Origin: Anaeromyxobacteraceae bacterium
GTDB taxonomy: Bacteria; Myxococcota; Myxococcia; Myxococcales; Anaeromyxobacteraceae
Reading direction: 5' to 3'
DNA: 64,000 nucleotides
NCBI GenBank assembly: GCA_032654565.1
Contig: JAULAX010000013.1
Span: forward strand, 32,001-96,000
Made by a program: the position numbers and the translations under genes. The notes below the pieces were generated by a model. It saw only the letters and a program-made list of their open reading frames with translations. It was not told the DNA's origin and made no database searches. Within the stretch, counting starts at the first letter, position 1. Every line of letters starts with the position of its first letter. This document shows, in pieces, positions 25,455 to 35,311 of the stretch.

Positions 25455-27743
25455 CTACCAGCTCCCCCACCGGCGCCGCAGGATCCACTCCGCCCCCAGC
25501 GTCGTCGCCAGCGCCGCCAGGAACCACCAGCGGTTCCAGATGGGCAGCTCCTTGCGCTGGCCGATCTCCACCACCTCCGGCTCCAGCTGCCGGAGCCGCG
25601 GCAGGCCACCGCCCGGCAGCGTGGTGGCGTCGCCGCCGGTCAGCTCGGAGAGGGCGGCCAGCAGCTCCGGCCGCGGCGTGGCGTCGGCGTCCTCCGGCCC
25701 GGCGCCGCGCACGGTGAGCGCGGTGGTGGCCGTCTCCGGGGCGCCGCCCGGCACCGGCTCGGCCCGGGCCACCAGCTTGTAGGCGCCCGGGGGGGCGGCC
25801 GGCAGCTCGACGCGGACCGTGCCGTCGGCCGAGGTGACCGCCTCGGCGCGGGACACCGCCCGGCCGTCCTCGGAGACCAGCTCCACCGCCACCTTGCGCC
25901 CCGGCGCCGGGCCGTAGTCGGCGCCCCGCAGCGAGACGGCGAGGCCGATGGGCGCCCCCGGGTCGAGGGCCGGCGCGTCCGGCTCGGCCTTGAGCGGGGT
26001 CAGCTCAGGGTCGCGCACCAGCCAGCGGAGCGCCGACGACCAGAAGCGGCGGTAGGCGCCGTCGCCGCCGCCCCCCTCGGCGGCCAGGAACCCCCAGTGC
26101 CAGCTGCCGTCGGTGGTGACCGCCAGCGTCCGCCCCGCCCCCACCTCGCGCACAGCCACCACCGGGGCCGGCTGGCCGTCCACCAGCACCCCCGGGGCCT
26201 CCAGCAGCACCGTGGCGCCGGCGCCGGGGGGGAGCGCCCGGGTCCGGTTGAGCACCGCGAGCGACGGCAGCGCCGCCCAGGCCGCCGCGGTGGCCGCCTC
26301 CCCGGCGCCGATGGCGGTGACCGGGTGGCGCCGCCCCTCGGCGGTGGGGCGCGGCCGGTACGGCTCCTCGGCGAGCCCGGCCCCGTCGAGCGGGACCACC
26401 GGCAGCACCTCGGCCAGCGGGGTGGCGCCGTAGCGGGCCTCGCCGAACCCCTGCTCGCCGCCCACCATGGCCAGCCCACCGCCGCCGCGCACGTAGTCGC
26501 GCAGGTTGGGGAGGAACCGCTCGATGTCGAGGGCGCGGTAGGGCGCGTAGTTGAAGTTGAGCAGCAGCACGGCATCGAAGGTCTTGAGCTGCGGGCCGAA
26601 GATCTCCTGCACCGGGAAGGGGATCAGCGAGAGCTGGTCCTGCGACCCCGGCTGGTCGCTGTTGGTGCGCAGGATGAAGAAGCTGACCAGGTCGACGTTG
26701 GGATCCTGCTTGAGCAGGCCGCGCAGGAAGCGCTCGTCCCAGCTGGGCCGCCCCGCCACCAGCAGCACCCGGACCCGGTCGCGGATCACCCGCAGCACGA
26801 AGGAGCGCTGGTTGTTGCCGGTGACCGCCTCGCCCGGCAGCACCGGCGCCGCCACCGTGAAGACGAAGGTGCCGGTGGTGTCGGGCCGGAAGGTGAGGGG
26901 GACCTGGTAGCGGTCCTTGCCGGCCTCGAGCTGGACCACCGCCTGCGCCACCACCGCCCCCTCGCGCCGCAGCACCACGGTGATGGGGCCGGCCTCGAGC
27001 CCGTGGGCCCGCAGCGTCGCCTCGACGGTGACGCTGCTGCGGACGAAGGAGAACTCCTCGGCCGCCACCCGCTCCACCGCCAGGTCCCGGGGCGGCTCCC
27101 GCCCGGCCGCCACGGTGTTGACCGGCACCCCCAGGGCCTTCAGCTCGGCCCGGGCCGCCGGCGTCAGCCCCGCCGCCAGCGCCGCGTTGTCGGCCCCGTC
27201 GGAGAGCAGCAGCACGCCGGCCAGCTTCCGCCCCGGCCCGGCCGCGGCCGCCTGGAGCGCCCCCAGCAGGTCGGTCCGGCTCCCCTCGGAGGGCAGGCCG
27301 CGCCCCGCCGCCTCGCCGTCGGCCGGCGTCGACTGGGCGTCGACGGCGCGCCACTCCAGGTCGACGCGCTGGCCCAGGCCGGCCAGCTCGGCGCGTGCGC
27401 TGGCCAGCAGCCCAGCCACCGCCTCGGCGCGGCTGGGCCCGCCCGGCTCGACCGGGAAGCGCATGGAGCGCGAGGTGTCGACCAGCACCGCGAAGCGGAG
27501 GCGGGAGCGGGCGGTCTGCAGCAGCTGGACCGCCGGCTCGAGCAGCAGGAAGAGGGCCAGCAGGGCGCTGGCCGTGCGCAGCGCCAGCAGCGCGGCGCGG
27601 CGACCCCGCCGCGGCTCGGCGCGCAGCCCGCGCCAGGTGAGCGCCAGGGCCGCCACCGCGGCCAGCACCGCCAGGGCGATGGCCCAGCCGGGCAGCGGGG
27701 TCAGGGCGGCGAGGCGCCAGTCGTTGTAGCCGTTCGGGTCCAG
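25455..27743 (-). CDS. Membrane protein with vWA-like and glutamine-amidotransferase-like domains
   Basis: LVDTSRSM, LLSDGADN, GRPSWDERFLR, DLVSFFILRT, terminal EWILRRRWG. Start uncertain: CTG 27743 or GTG 27668. Confidence 0.8.
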   Translation of the reverse strand: MDPNGYNDWRLAALTPLPGWAIALAVLAAVAALALTWRGLRAEPRRGRRAALLALRTASALLALFLLLEPAVQLLQTARSRLRFAVLVDTSRSMRFPVEPGGPSRAEAVAGLLASARAELAGLGQRVDLEWRAVDAQSTPADGEAAGRGLPSEGSRTDLLGALQAAAAGPGRKLAGVLLLSDGADNAALAAGLTPAARAELKALGVPVNTVAAGREPPRDLAVERVAAEEFSFVRSSVTVEATLRAHGLEAGPITVVLRREGAVVAQAVVQLEAGKDRYQVPLTFRPDTTGTFVFTVAAPVLPGEAVTGNNQRSFVLRVIRDRVRVLLVAGRPSWDERFLRGLLKQDPNVDLVSFFILRTNSDQPGSQDQLSLIPFPVQEIFGPQLKTFDAVLLLNFNYAPYRALDIERFLPNLRDYVRGGGGLAMVGGEQGFGEARYGATPLAEVLPVVPLDGAGLAEEPYRPRPTAEGRRHPVTAIGAGEAATAAAWAALPSLAVLNRTRALPPGAGATVLLEAPGVLVDGQPAPVVAVREVGAGRTLAVTTDGSWHWGFLAAEGGGGDGAYRRFWSSALRWLVRDPELTPLKAEPDAPALDPGAPIGLAVSLRGADYGPAPGRKVAVELVSEDGRAVSRAEAVTSADGTVRVELPAAPPGAYKLVARAEPVPGGAPETATTALTVRGAGPEDADATPRPELLAALSELTGGDATTLPGGGLPRLRQLEPEVVEIGQRKELPIWNRWWFLAALATTLGAEWILRRRWGSW

Positions 27744-27762
27744 GGGAGAGCTCGCGGCCGGC

Positions 27763-28527
27763 TCAGGTGCGCCGCTTCATGATGAAGGGCAGGTGGACGG
27801 CGTCGTCCTTGTAGTCGGTGCAGAGGGCGTACATGGCCAGGTTGACGCCGAGGCGGATGGCCGTCTCCCGCTGCGGCTCGCCGCCGGGCGTGCAGGGGTG
27901 CTCCCAGTCGCCGAGGTCGGAGCGGGCCCAGGCGCCGCCCAGGTCGTTCTGCGAGTAGACCACCGCCAGCCGCCCGTCGAGCGACTGCGCCTCCAGCCAC
28001 GGCTTCACCGCCACCCGCCCGCCCTGCCGGTCGAGCAGGTAGAAGGTCTTGTTGAGCACGTGGGCCTGGGGGATGGGGGCCAGCGGGGCGGTGGGCAGAA
28101 CCCGGGCCAGCTCGCGCCGGACCGTGGCGTCGAAGCCGCTGCCGTCGGAGCCGTCGGCGGCGTCGACCAGCAGGAAGCCGCCGAACTGCAGGTGGCGGCG
28201 GAGCGCGGCGCGCCCGGCGTCGGAGATGGGGGGGAGGGGGCCGTCGCCGGCCAGGTAGAGGAGCGGGTGGCGGTGCAAGCCGGGGGCGTCGAGCCGGACC
28301 GCCACCGGCTCGGGCGTGGTCTCGATCGAGGTGCGCCGCGCCAGCTCCCAGCCGAGCCGCTTCAACGCGCTGGGGCGGGGGTTCCAGCGGCCGTCGTGCA
28401 CCACCTGCCCGACGGCCACCGGGCTCGAGGCCACGCCGTCGCGGGCCCGGGCCGGCAAGGCGGAGCCGGCCAGGCCGGCGGCCAGCGAGGCCAGGAAGGA
28501 GCGGCGGGTGAGCTTCGGCGGCGCCAT
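27763..28527 (-). CDS. DUF4159 domain protein with a Tat-type signal
   Basis: LTRRSFL twin-arginine motif; HPLLYLAGD, GGFLLVD, NDLGGAW, GVNLAMYALC.DYKDD.VH. Confidence 0.85.
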   Translation of the reverse strand: MAPPKLTRRSFLASLAAGLAGSALPARARDGVASSPVAVGQVVHDGRWNPRPSALKRLGWELARRTSIETTPEPVAVRLDAPGLHRHPLLYLAGDGPLPPISDAGRAALRRHLQFGGFLLVDAADGSDGSGFDATVRRELARVLPTAPLAPIPQAHVLNKTFYLLDRQGGRVAVKPWLEAQSLDGRLAVVYSQNDLGGAWARSDLGDWEHPCTPGGEPQRETAIRLGVNLAMYALCTDYKDDAVHLPFIMKRRT

Positions 28528-28552
28528 GGCGGCGCATGATACGCTGCGCGCC

Positions 28553-28798
28553 GTGAGCAAGGCCAAGAAGGAACGAGGCGCGGCCGCGAAGCTGGGCGAG
28601 CTGCTGGAGTCCGGGGACCACCGGGCGGCGCGGGCCGAGGCGGCGCGCCTGCTGGCCGATCCGTCGGTGACGGTGGAGGATCGGGCGGCGGCGACCGAGG
28701 CGCAGGCCTCCCTGAAGCCCGAGCCGGCCGCGGTGCTGGTGGGGCTCCTCGCCGCCGCGGCGGCGCTGCTCATCTCCGCGCGGGTCCTGGTCGGCTGA
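28553..28798 (+). CDS. Small hypothetical membrane protein
   Basis: GTG start, typical codon usage, C-terminal TM, fills the gap between genes. Confidence 0.6.
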   Translation: MSKAKKERGAAAKLGELLESGDHRAARAEAARLLADPSVTVEDRAAATEAQASLKPEPAAVLVGLLAAAAALLISARVLVG

Positions 28799-28822
28799 GC
28801 CGGCGACGGGGCGACCCGAGGG

Positions 28823-29788
28823 TCAGTCCGCCGGCGGCCCCAGCAGCTCGAAGTCGGGGATGGCCTGGCGCAGGTGCTCGCGCAGCCGGGCGGTCAGCTT
28901 GGCCTCGATCTGCCGGGCTCGCTCGCGGGTGAGCCGGTAGCGGTCGCCCACCTCCTGCAGCGTCAGCGGCTCCTTCCCGTCGGCCGGCAGCAGCCGCTGC
29001 TCGAAGATGAACCGCTCCTTCTCGTCGGTGATGGTCCTGGCGAAGATCTCCAGCTGCTCGCGGAAGAGGCGGCGCACCTGCTCCTCGCCCAGCGCCACGT
29101 CGGCGGCCGGCGCGGCGGCGGAGGGGAGCCGGTCCATGGCGGTGGGGGCCCCGTCCTCGGCGCCGCGGGCCGGGGCGTCGAGCGAGAGGTCGTCGGTCGC
29201 CATCCGCGCCGTCATCTCCAGCACCTCGTGCTCCTCGACGTCGAGGTTCCGGGCCAGCAGCCGCGGGGTGGGGTCGATGCCGCGCGCCAGCAGCTTCTCC
29301 CGCTCCTTGCCGAGGTTGAAGAAGAGCTTGCGCTGCGCCTGGGTGGTGCCGAGCCGCACCAGCCGCCAGTTGTCCATCAGGAAGCGGATGATGTAGGCGC
29401 GGATCCACCAGGCCGCGTAGGAGGAGAGCTTCACCCCCTTGAGCGGGTCGTACTTCTTCACCGCCTGCATCAGCCCCAGGTTCCCCTCCTGGATCAGGTC
29501 GAGGAGCTGGAAGGCGGTGCGCCGGTACTCGTGGGCGATCTTCACCACCAGCCGCAGGTTGGAGGCCACCAGGGCGTAGGCCGCCTGCACGTCGCCGGTC
29601 TCGCGGTAGCGGACCGCCAGCTCGTGCTCCTGCTCCCGGGTGAGCAGCGGGTGGCGCGAGACCTCGGCCATGTAGGCGCGCAGCGGGTCGTAGCGGGCCA
29701 GCCCGCCGGCGCCGCGGGCGGCCGGAGCGGGGGCCTCGGCGGGGCGCTCCTCCTCGCCTGCGTGGTCGTCGGTGGGGTGGTCGGCCAT
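28823..29788 (-). CDS. rpoH: RNA polymerase sigma-32 (RpoH-like) factor
   Basis: [29 protein letters not shown], RpoH box [17 protein letters not shown]. Orthology among myxobacterial RpoH paralogs is unresolved. Confidence 0.85.
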   Translation of the reverse strand: MADHPTDDHAGEEERPAEAPAPAARGAGGLARYDPLRAYMAEVSRHPLLTREQEHELAVRYRETGDVQAAYALVASNLRLVVKIAHEYRRTAFQLLDLIQEGNLGLMQAVKKYDPLKGVKLSSYAAWWIRAYIIRFLMDNWRLVRLGTTQAQRKLFFNLGKEREKLLARGIDPTPRLLARNLDVEEHEVLEMTARMATDDLSLDAPARGAEDGAPTAMDRLPSAAAPAADVALGEEQVRRLFREQLEIFARTITDEKERFIFEQRLLPADGKEPLTLQEVGDRYRLTRERARQIEAKLTARLREHLRQAIPDFELLGPPAD

Positions 29789-29999
29789 GGGCACAGGTGG
29801 GCAGGCGGGTCGGCGGTGAACTTCAGCCGCTCCCGGCGTTGTGATACAAGGTGCCCCGCCTCCCGTGCAAGCCGTGGGAGGACCACCGGCGCATGGCGGT
29901 GCTCGCAAGCACGGCGCGGTACCCGGTCCCGAAGGCGGACCGAGCCCCTCGCGGAACAGGCGAAGCCGCCATGCGCCACTGAAAGAAGCGAGTGGTGAC

Positions 30000-32039
30000 A
30001 TGGAGAACGAGCAGCAGCCCGAGGCCACGGCCTCGACGGCGTCCGACTACGTCTCGGACGCATCCTTCGACGAGATGAACCTGGCGGAGCCCCTCCGCCG
30101 CGCCATCGCCGAGCACGGCTACACCAAGCCGACCCCGGTGCAGTCGCGCACCTTCCGCCCGGTCCGCGATGGCAAGGACGTCATCGTCCGCTCCAAGACC
30201 GGCACCGGCAAGACCGCCGCCTTCGCCATCCCCATGCTGGAGCGGATCCCCGACGGCCGGCGCAAGCCCTCGGCGCTGGTGATGTGCCCGACCCGCGAGC
30301 TGGCCATCCAGGTCGGCCAGGAGTTCGAGGCCCTGGCCAAGCACCGCGACCTCTCGGTGGTGACCATCTACGGCGGGGCCTCCATGGGCGAGCAGCTCGA
30401 CAAGCTCAAGGCCGGGGCCGAGATCGTGGTGGGCACGCCGGGGCGCATCTTCGACCACATCCGCCGCAAGACCCTGGTGCTCGAGGAGTGCCTGGTCTCG
30501 GTGCTGGACGAGGCCGACGAGATGCTCAACATGGGCTTCTTCGAGGAGGTCACCCGCATCCTCGACCACTTGCCCAGCACCTGCCAGCAGCTGCTCTTCT
30601 CGGCCACCGTCCCGGCCGACATCGAGCAGATCATCAAGCAGTACCTGACCACCCCGGAGACCATCCTGCTCTCCGGCGACGAGTACCGCGTCGACAACAT
30701 CCACAACGTGCTCTACCACACGGTCGACGCCTACCCGAAGCCGCGCAACCTGCTCTACATGATCGAGCAGGAGGAGCCGGAGACGGCCATCGTCTTCTGC
30801 AACACCCGCAGCGACACCTCGCTGGTCTGCGCCGTGCTCAACCGCAACGGCTACGACGCCGAGCTGCTCAACGGCGACCTGCAGCAGAAGGAGCGCGAGC
30901 GGGTCATGGCCAAGGTGAAGCGCGGCGAGGTCCGCTTCATGGTGGCCACCGACATCGCGGCGCGCGGCATCGACATCTCCGACCTGTCGCACGTGGTCAA
31001 CTACTCGCTGCCCGAGGACCCCTCGGTCTTCATGCACCGGGTCGGCCGCACCGGCCGCATCGGCAAGAAGGGCACCAGCCTGTCGCTGGTCTCCGGCGCC
31101 GAGATCATGACGCTGTCGGCGCTGCAGAAGAAGTTCAGCATCGACTTCGAGGAGCGCAAGCTACCCACCCCCGAGGAGGCCAAGGGGCGCTGGACCGAGC
31201 GCCACGTCGCCGAGCTGAAGGAGGCCATGAGCGCCTCGATCTTCGAGGCCTACATCCCGCTCTCGCAGCAGCTCAAGGCGCGCCCCGACGGCGACTACCT
31301 GGTGGCCTTCGCGCTCAAGTACTTCTTCACCCACCACCGCATCGAGAAGATGACGGACCTGCAGAAGGCCGAGCACAAGCGGGTGGAGCACGAGCGCAAG
31401 GAGACGCTGGAGAAGAGCTTCGTCAAGGATCGCGAGCGCGAGAGCCGGGGCCCCCGCGAGGGGCGCCGCGGCGAGCGTGACCGCGGGCCGCGGGGGGACC
31501 GCGAGGAGCGGCCCCGCGAGGCGAGGCCGCCGCGCGAGGACCGTCCCCGGCCCCCGCGCGAGGACCGCCCCCGCCCGCCGCGCGAGGAGCGTCCGGCCGC
31601 GGTCGACGCCGATCTGGCCGGCATCCCCACCATCGAGGTCTCGGCCACCCTGGAGGACTCGGCGGAGCGGACCGCCTCCCCGGTGCGCCAGACGCCGGCC
31701 CGGGAGGTCTCCGCGGAGCGCGGGGCCCCGGGCGAGCGCGAGCCCGCCGTGAGGCGTGACGGCGGCGCCCGCGCCGAGGGCGGCGAGCCCAGCCCGTCGC
31801 GCGGCCGGGTCTTCATCTCCTGGGGCGAGGAGGCCGGCGCCGACGAGGCCAAGGTGCGGGCGCTGGTCGCCGCCAGCGTGCCGGGCACCGAGCCGTCGCT
31901 GGTGGAGCTGCGGCGCAGCCACACCTTCGTGGAGGTGGCCCCCGAGGCGGTCGACGCGCTGGTGACGGCGCTCAACGGCAAGCTCCAGGGCGAGCAGCCG
32001 CTGCTGGTGGAGCGGGCCCGCCGCCGCCGTCGCCGCTAG
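30000..32039 (+). CDS. DEAD-box RNA helicase with a C-terminal DbpA-type RNA-binding domain
   Basis: Q motif, TGTGKT, PTRELA, DEAD, SAT, ARGID, HRVGRTGR. Confidence 0.95.
   Translation: MENEQQPEATASTASDYVSDASFDEMNLAEPLRRAIAEHGYTKPTPVQSRTFRPVRDGKDVIVRSKTGTGKTAAFAIPMLERIPDGRRKPSALVMCPTRELAIQVGQEFEALAKHRDLSVVTIYGGASMGEQLDKLKAGAEIVVGTPGRIFDHIRRKTLVLEECLVSVLDEADEMLNMGFFEEVTRILDHLPSTCQQLLFSATVPADIEQIIKQYLTTPETILLSGDEYRVDNIHNVLYHTVDAYPKPRNLLYMIEQEEPETAIVFCNTRSDTSLVCAVLNRNGYDAELLNGDLQQKERERVMAKVKRGEVRFMVATDIAARGIDISDLSHVVNYSLPEDPSVFMHRVGRTGRIGKKGTSLSLVSGAEIMTLSALQKKFSIDFEERKLPTPEEAKGRWTERHVAELKEAMSASIFEAYIPLSQQLKARPDGDYLVAFALKYFFTHHRIEKMTDLQKAEHKRVEHERKETLEKSFVKDRERESRGPREGRRGERDRGPRGDREERPREARPPREDRPRPPREDRPRPPREERPAAVDADLAGIPTIEVSATLEDSAERTASPVRQTPAREVSAERGAPGEREPAVRRDGGARAEGGEPSPSRGRVFISWGEEAGADEAKVRALVAASVPGTEPSLVELRRSHTFVEVAPEAVDALVTALNGKLQGEQPLLVERARRRRRR
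31527..31595 (+). repeat. 24-bp coding tandem repeat (PPREDRPR x about 3)
   Basis: CCGCCGCGCGAGGACCGTCCCCGG-like units in the helicase tail. Confidence 0.8.
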
Positions 32040-32909
32040 GGGGTGTCCCTGATTTCCAGATCCGCGACGTTCGGAAGTGCGCGGTATCTGGGTGGTACTA
32101 CGGAATTTCTGATCGGGTTTGCGAGGCGACGCTGAGTGTGATCAACACTTACCGTGCGCCGACATGAACTGAGCGATGCCGAGTGGAAACGCATTGAGGG
32201 GATCCTCCCCGTACGAACCGGGCCACGCTCCAAGCGAGGCGACCGTGACTTCGTCAACGCCGTCATCTGGCGCGTCAGGACCGGTGTTCCCTGGCGCGAC
32301 CTCCCTGAGCGATTCGGCTCCTGGAAGACCGTGTACAACCGGTTCGACAGGTGGTCGAAGGCCGGCATCTGGAAACGAATCTTCGAAGAGCTGGCCATCG
32401 AAGTCGATGAAGCCGGCTCCCTCCTCGACGCAACCATTGTCCGGGCGCACCAAGACGCCGCCGGCGGAAAAGGGGGGTCCGACGCAATCATCTTGGCCGT
32501 TCTCGAGGAGGCGTTTCGACCAAGATCCACGCGGTCACCACGACGCAAGGGAAGCCGCTCTACGTCACGCTGACCCAGGGCCACCGGCACGAGGCGACCA
32601 AGGCCCAGGAGCTGATCGAGCACGCCACCGGGAAGGCCTGCATCGGCGACTCGGGCTACTGCTCGGCGGAGATCCGCAACGCCATCCGCGCACGAGGCAT
32701 GAAGCCCGTCATCAACGCGAATCCCACGCACAACGTAAAGACCCGGCTCGACCGGAAGCTCTACAAGCTGCGCTACATGGTGGAGTGCGGATTCCATTCG
32801 CTCAAACGCTTCCGTGCGGTTGCGACTCGCTATGAAAAGACTGGCACCAACTACCTGTCCATCGTCCACGTCGCCTGCATCATGGCGTGGCTCAATTAGG
32901 GACACCCCC
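32039..32909 (+). mobile_element. IS5 family (IS427-like) insertion sequence, about 870 bp
   Basis: Terminal inverted repeats GGGGGTGTCCCTGATT / AATTAGGGACACCCCC, CTAG target context with TA duplication, lower GC, split transposase. Confidence 0.92.
32154..32899 (+). CDS. IS5 family transposase, two ORFs joined by a -1 frameshift
   Basis: orfA 32154-32573 (WRDLPERFGSWKTVYNRF, DATIVRAHQ). Slippery AAAAGGGGGG at 32468-32477. The -1 frame continues GRSRGG..TKIH, GDSGY, KRFRAVATRYEK. Confidence 0.88.
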
Positions 32910-32923
32910 TAGAGCGCCGCTCG

Positions 32924-34261
32924 TCAGCCGCGGATGACGTTGGGCGCGGCCGGCGACGGGGCCTGGGCCGGTGGCAGCGCCGCCGGCGCCGGGCTCGCCA
33001 CCGCCACGCCGTCCAGCTTCGCCTGCAGCGGGGCGATGTCGGCCTTGAAGCCCGGCAGCCAGTCGGCCCGCACCGGCGCGTCGCGCGGCACCTTGAGCTG
33101 GGCCGGGTTGATGTAGGCCCCGCCGCGCAGCACGGCGTAGTGCAGGTGCGGACCGGTGGAGAGGCCGGTGGAGCCGACCGCGCCGATGGCCTGCTTCTGG
33201 ACCACCGGCTTGCCGGCCGAGACCGACACCGCCGAGAGGTGGCAGTAGAGCGTCTCCAGGCCGTTGCGGTGGCGCAGCGTCACCGAGAGGCCGCAGCCGC
33301 CGTTCCAGCCCGCCTGCTTGACCACCCCGTCGCCCACCGCCCAGACCGGCGTGCCGACCGGCGCGCCGTAGTCGGTCCCCATGTGGGCCGCCTGGTAGCC
33401 GAGCAGCGGGTGGTTGCGGTTGCCGAAGCCGGAGGTGACGTGGGCGAACTTGAGCGGCGTCTTCAGGAAGCCGCGCCGGGCGCTCTGCCCCTCGTCGTCG
33501 AAGTAGCTGGCCTGGCCGTCCGGGGCGGTCCAGCGGAAGAGCCGCTTCCGCCCCGCCGTGGTCCCCTGGTACTCGATGGCCTGGATCTCCCCGTAGCGCA
33601 GCAGCTTGCCGTCGGCGAAGGTCTTCTCCACCAGCACCGTCATCCGGTCGCCGCGCCGGACGTCGCGGTAGAAGTCGACGTCCCAGGCCAGCACGTCGGA
33701 GGCCAGCACCGCCAGGATGGGGTCCTCGTCGGTCTCGCGCAGCGAGAGGTAGAGCGAGCCCTGCACCTCGACCGTGACCCGCTCCACGCCGGCCTTCAGC
33801 TCCACCGGGCGGCGGACGGCGTCCCAGCCGCCGTCGGCCCGGCGGGTCACCACGAACTCGTCGGCCCGCCCCTGCCGGTAGGTGAGGCGCGCCAGCGCCG
33901 CCTCCCCGGCCCGCCGCTCCACCACCAGCTGGTCGCCGGCGCGGGCCTTGCGGGAGGGGAAGTGGGCCTGCAGCGCGCCGACCACGCCGGCGGCCTCGGC
34001 GGCGGTCAGCTTGAGCCTCGGCAGCACCTGCCCGAGCGTCTGGTCGCGGCCGAGCCGGGCGGTCACCACCTCGAACCGCTCCGGTGGAGGCGGGGGAGGC
34101 GGGGGCGGCGCAGCGGGGAGGGGCGGCGCCGGGGCCACCGCCACCGGCGGGGGTGGGGACCTGGTGGAGAGGAAGAAGGCCAGCCCGCCCACCGCGGCCA
34201 CCGAGAGGATGGCGCCGAGCAGGGCGGTGTGGCGGCGCGGGGCGCGGGCCTGGTCGAACAT
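32924..34261 (-). CDS. M23 family peptidoglycan endopeptidase
   Basis: HMGTDY, YCHLS, GSTGLSTGPHLHY. Confidence 0.92.
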   Translation of the reverse strand: MFDQARAPRRHTALLGAILSVAAVGGLAFFLSTRSPPPPVAVAPAPPLPAAPPPPPPPPPERFEVVTARLGRDQTLGQVLPRLKLTAAEAAGVVGALQAHFPSRKARAGDQLVVERRAGEAALARLTYRQGRADEFVVTRRADGGWDAVRRPVELKAGVERVTVEVQGSLYLSLRETDEDPILAVLASDVLAWDVDFYRDVRRGDRMTVLVEKTFADGKLLRYGEIQAIEYQGTTAGRKRLFRWTAPDGQASYFDDEGQSARRGFLKTPLKFAHVTSGFGNRNHPLLGYQAAHMGTDYGAPVGTPVWAVGDGVVKQAGWNGGCGLSVTLRHRNGLETLYCHLSAVSVSAGKPVVQKQAIGAVGSTGLSTGPHLHYAVLRGGAYINPAQLKVPRDAPVRADWLPGFKADIAPLQAKLDGVAVASPAPAALPPAQAPSPAAPNVIRG

Positions 34262-34264
34262 GGC

Positions 34265-35311
34265 TCAGCCCTGCTTGCGCTTGAAGAAGTCGACCTGCCA
34301 GAGCTTCACCGCCCGCTCGTGGCAGGCCAGGTCGGGGCAGAAGACGTGGAAGCCGTCGTTGCGCGAGACGAAGAAGAGGTCGGTGCAGGTCGAGGGGGCC
34401 AGGGCGGCCTGGATGGCCGCCGCGCCGGGGTTGGCGATGGGGCCGGGGGGCAGCCCGGCGACCAGGTAGGTGTTGTAGGGGTGGGGCGTGCGCAGGTCGG
34501 CGCGGCTGATGTTCTTCGACCAGCGGCCGGTGCGCAGGAAGGTGGCGTACATCACGGTCGGGTCGGTGGCCAGCGGGATGCGGCGGGCCAGCCGGTTGTG
34601 GAAGACGCAGCTGATGCGAGGCCGCTCCACCGCCTGGCCGGTCTCCTTCTCGATGATCGAGGCCAGCGTCATGATGGCGGCCCGGTCCAGCGTGACGCCG
34701 GGGAGGCGCTGGGCGCTGGCCTTCTCGTACTCGGCGTGGGCGCGGTGCACCATGGCCTCGAGGATCTGCCGGGCGCCGACGCCGCGGGCGAAGGCGTAGG
34801 TGTCGGGGAAGAGGTAGCCCTCCAGGCTCTCGGCGACCACGCCCAGGGCGTTGGCCTCGGCCGCGGAGTGGGCCAGCAGGAGGAAGTTCTCCGCCGAGGC
34901 CAGGCCGCTGCGGCCGACGATCTCGGCGACCTCCTCGATGCGCAGCCCCTCCGGCACCGTGAAGCGGTAGAGCCGGACCTCGCCCTTGTAGATGCGCTCC
35001 AGCACCTCGTCGGGGGTGAGCGCGCCGGCGAAGGCGTACTCGCCCTGCTTGAACTGCCGGGCGTCGCGCTTGAGGAAGCGGACGTAGCGCCAGGCCTGCT
35101 CCCCGTCGCCGAGGACGCCGGCCCGGACCAGGGCCCGGACCACGGCGCGCGCCGAGGCCCCGGCCGGCACCTCCACCACCTTCTCCTCCTCGCTGCCGAA
35201 GGGGGCGGCGCGGAAGGCCTCGACCTGCCGCCAGGCCAGGAAGGTGAGCAGGCCGGCCAGCGCCACCACCACCGCGGCCAGCGCCGCCACCGCCCGGAGC
35301 GCTCGCCTCAC
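34265..35311 (-). CDS. mltG: Endolytic transglycosylase MltG
   Basis: GTG 35311; EGYLFPDTY, ASIIEKET, NRL..DPTV.Y, YNTY...GLPPGPIANPG. Confidence 0.93.
   Translation of the reverse strand: MRRALRAVAALAAVVVALAGLLTFLAWRQVEAFRAAPFGSEEEKVVEVPAGASARAVVRALVRAGVLGDGEQAWRYVRFLKRDARQFKQGEYAFAGALTPDEVLERIYKGEVRLYRFTVPEGLRIEEVAEIVGRSGLASAENFLLLAHSAAEANALGVVAESLEGYLFPDTYAFARGVGARQILEAMVHRAHAEYEKASAQRLPGVTLDRAAIMTLASIIEKETGQAVERPRISCVFHNRLARRIPLATDPTVMYATFLRTGRWSKNISRADLRTPHPYNTYLVAGLPPGPIANPGAAAIQAALAPSTCTDLFFVSRNDGFHVFCPDLACHERAVKLWQVDFFKRKQG

Noticed and set aside
32036..32905. 289-aa minus-strand ORF spanning the IS
   Set aside because: Antisense to the recognisable transposase, with no independent evidence of coding.
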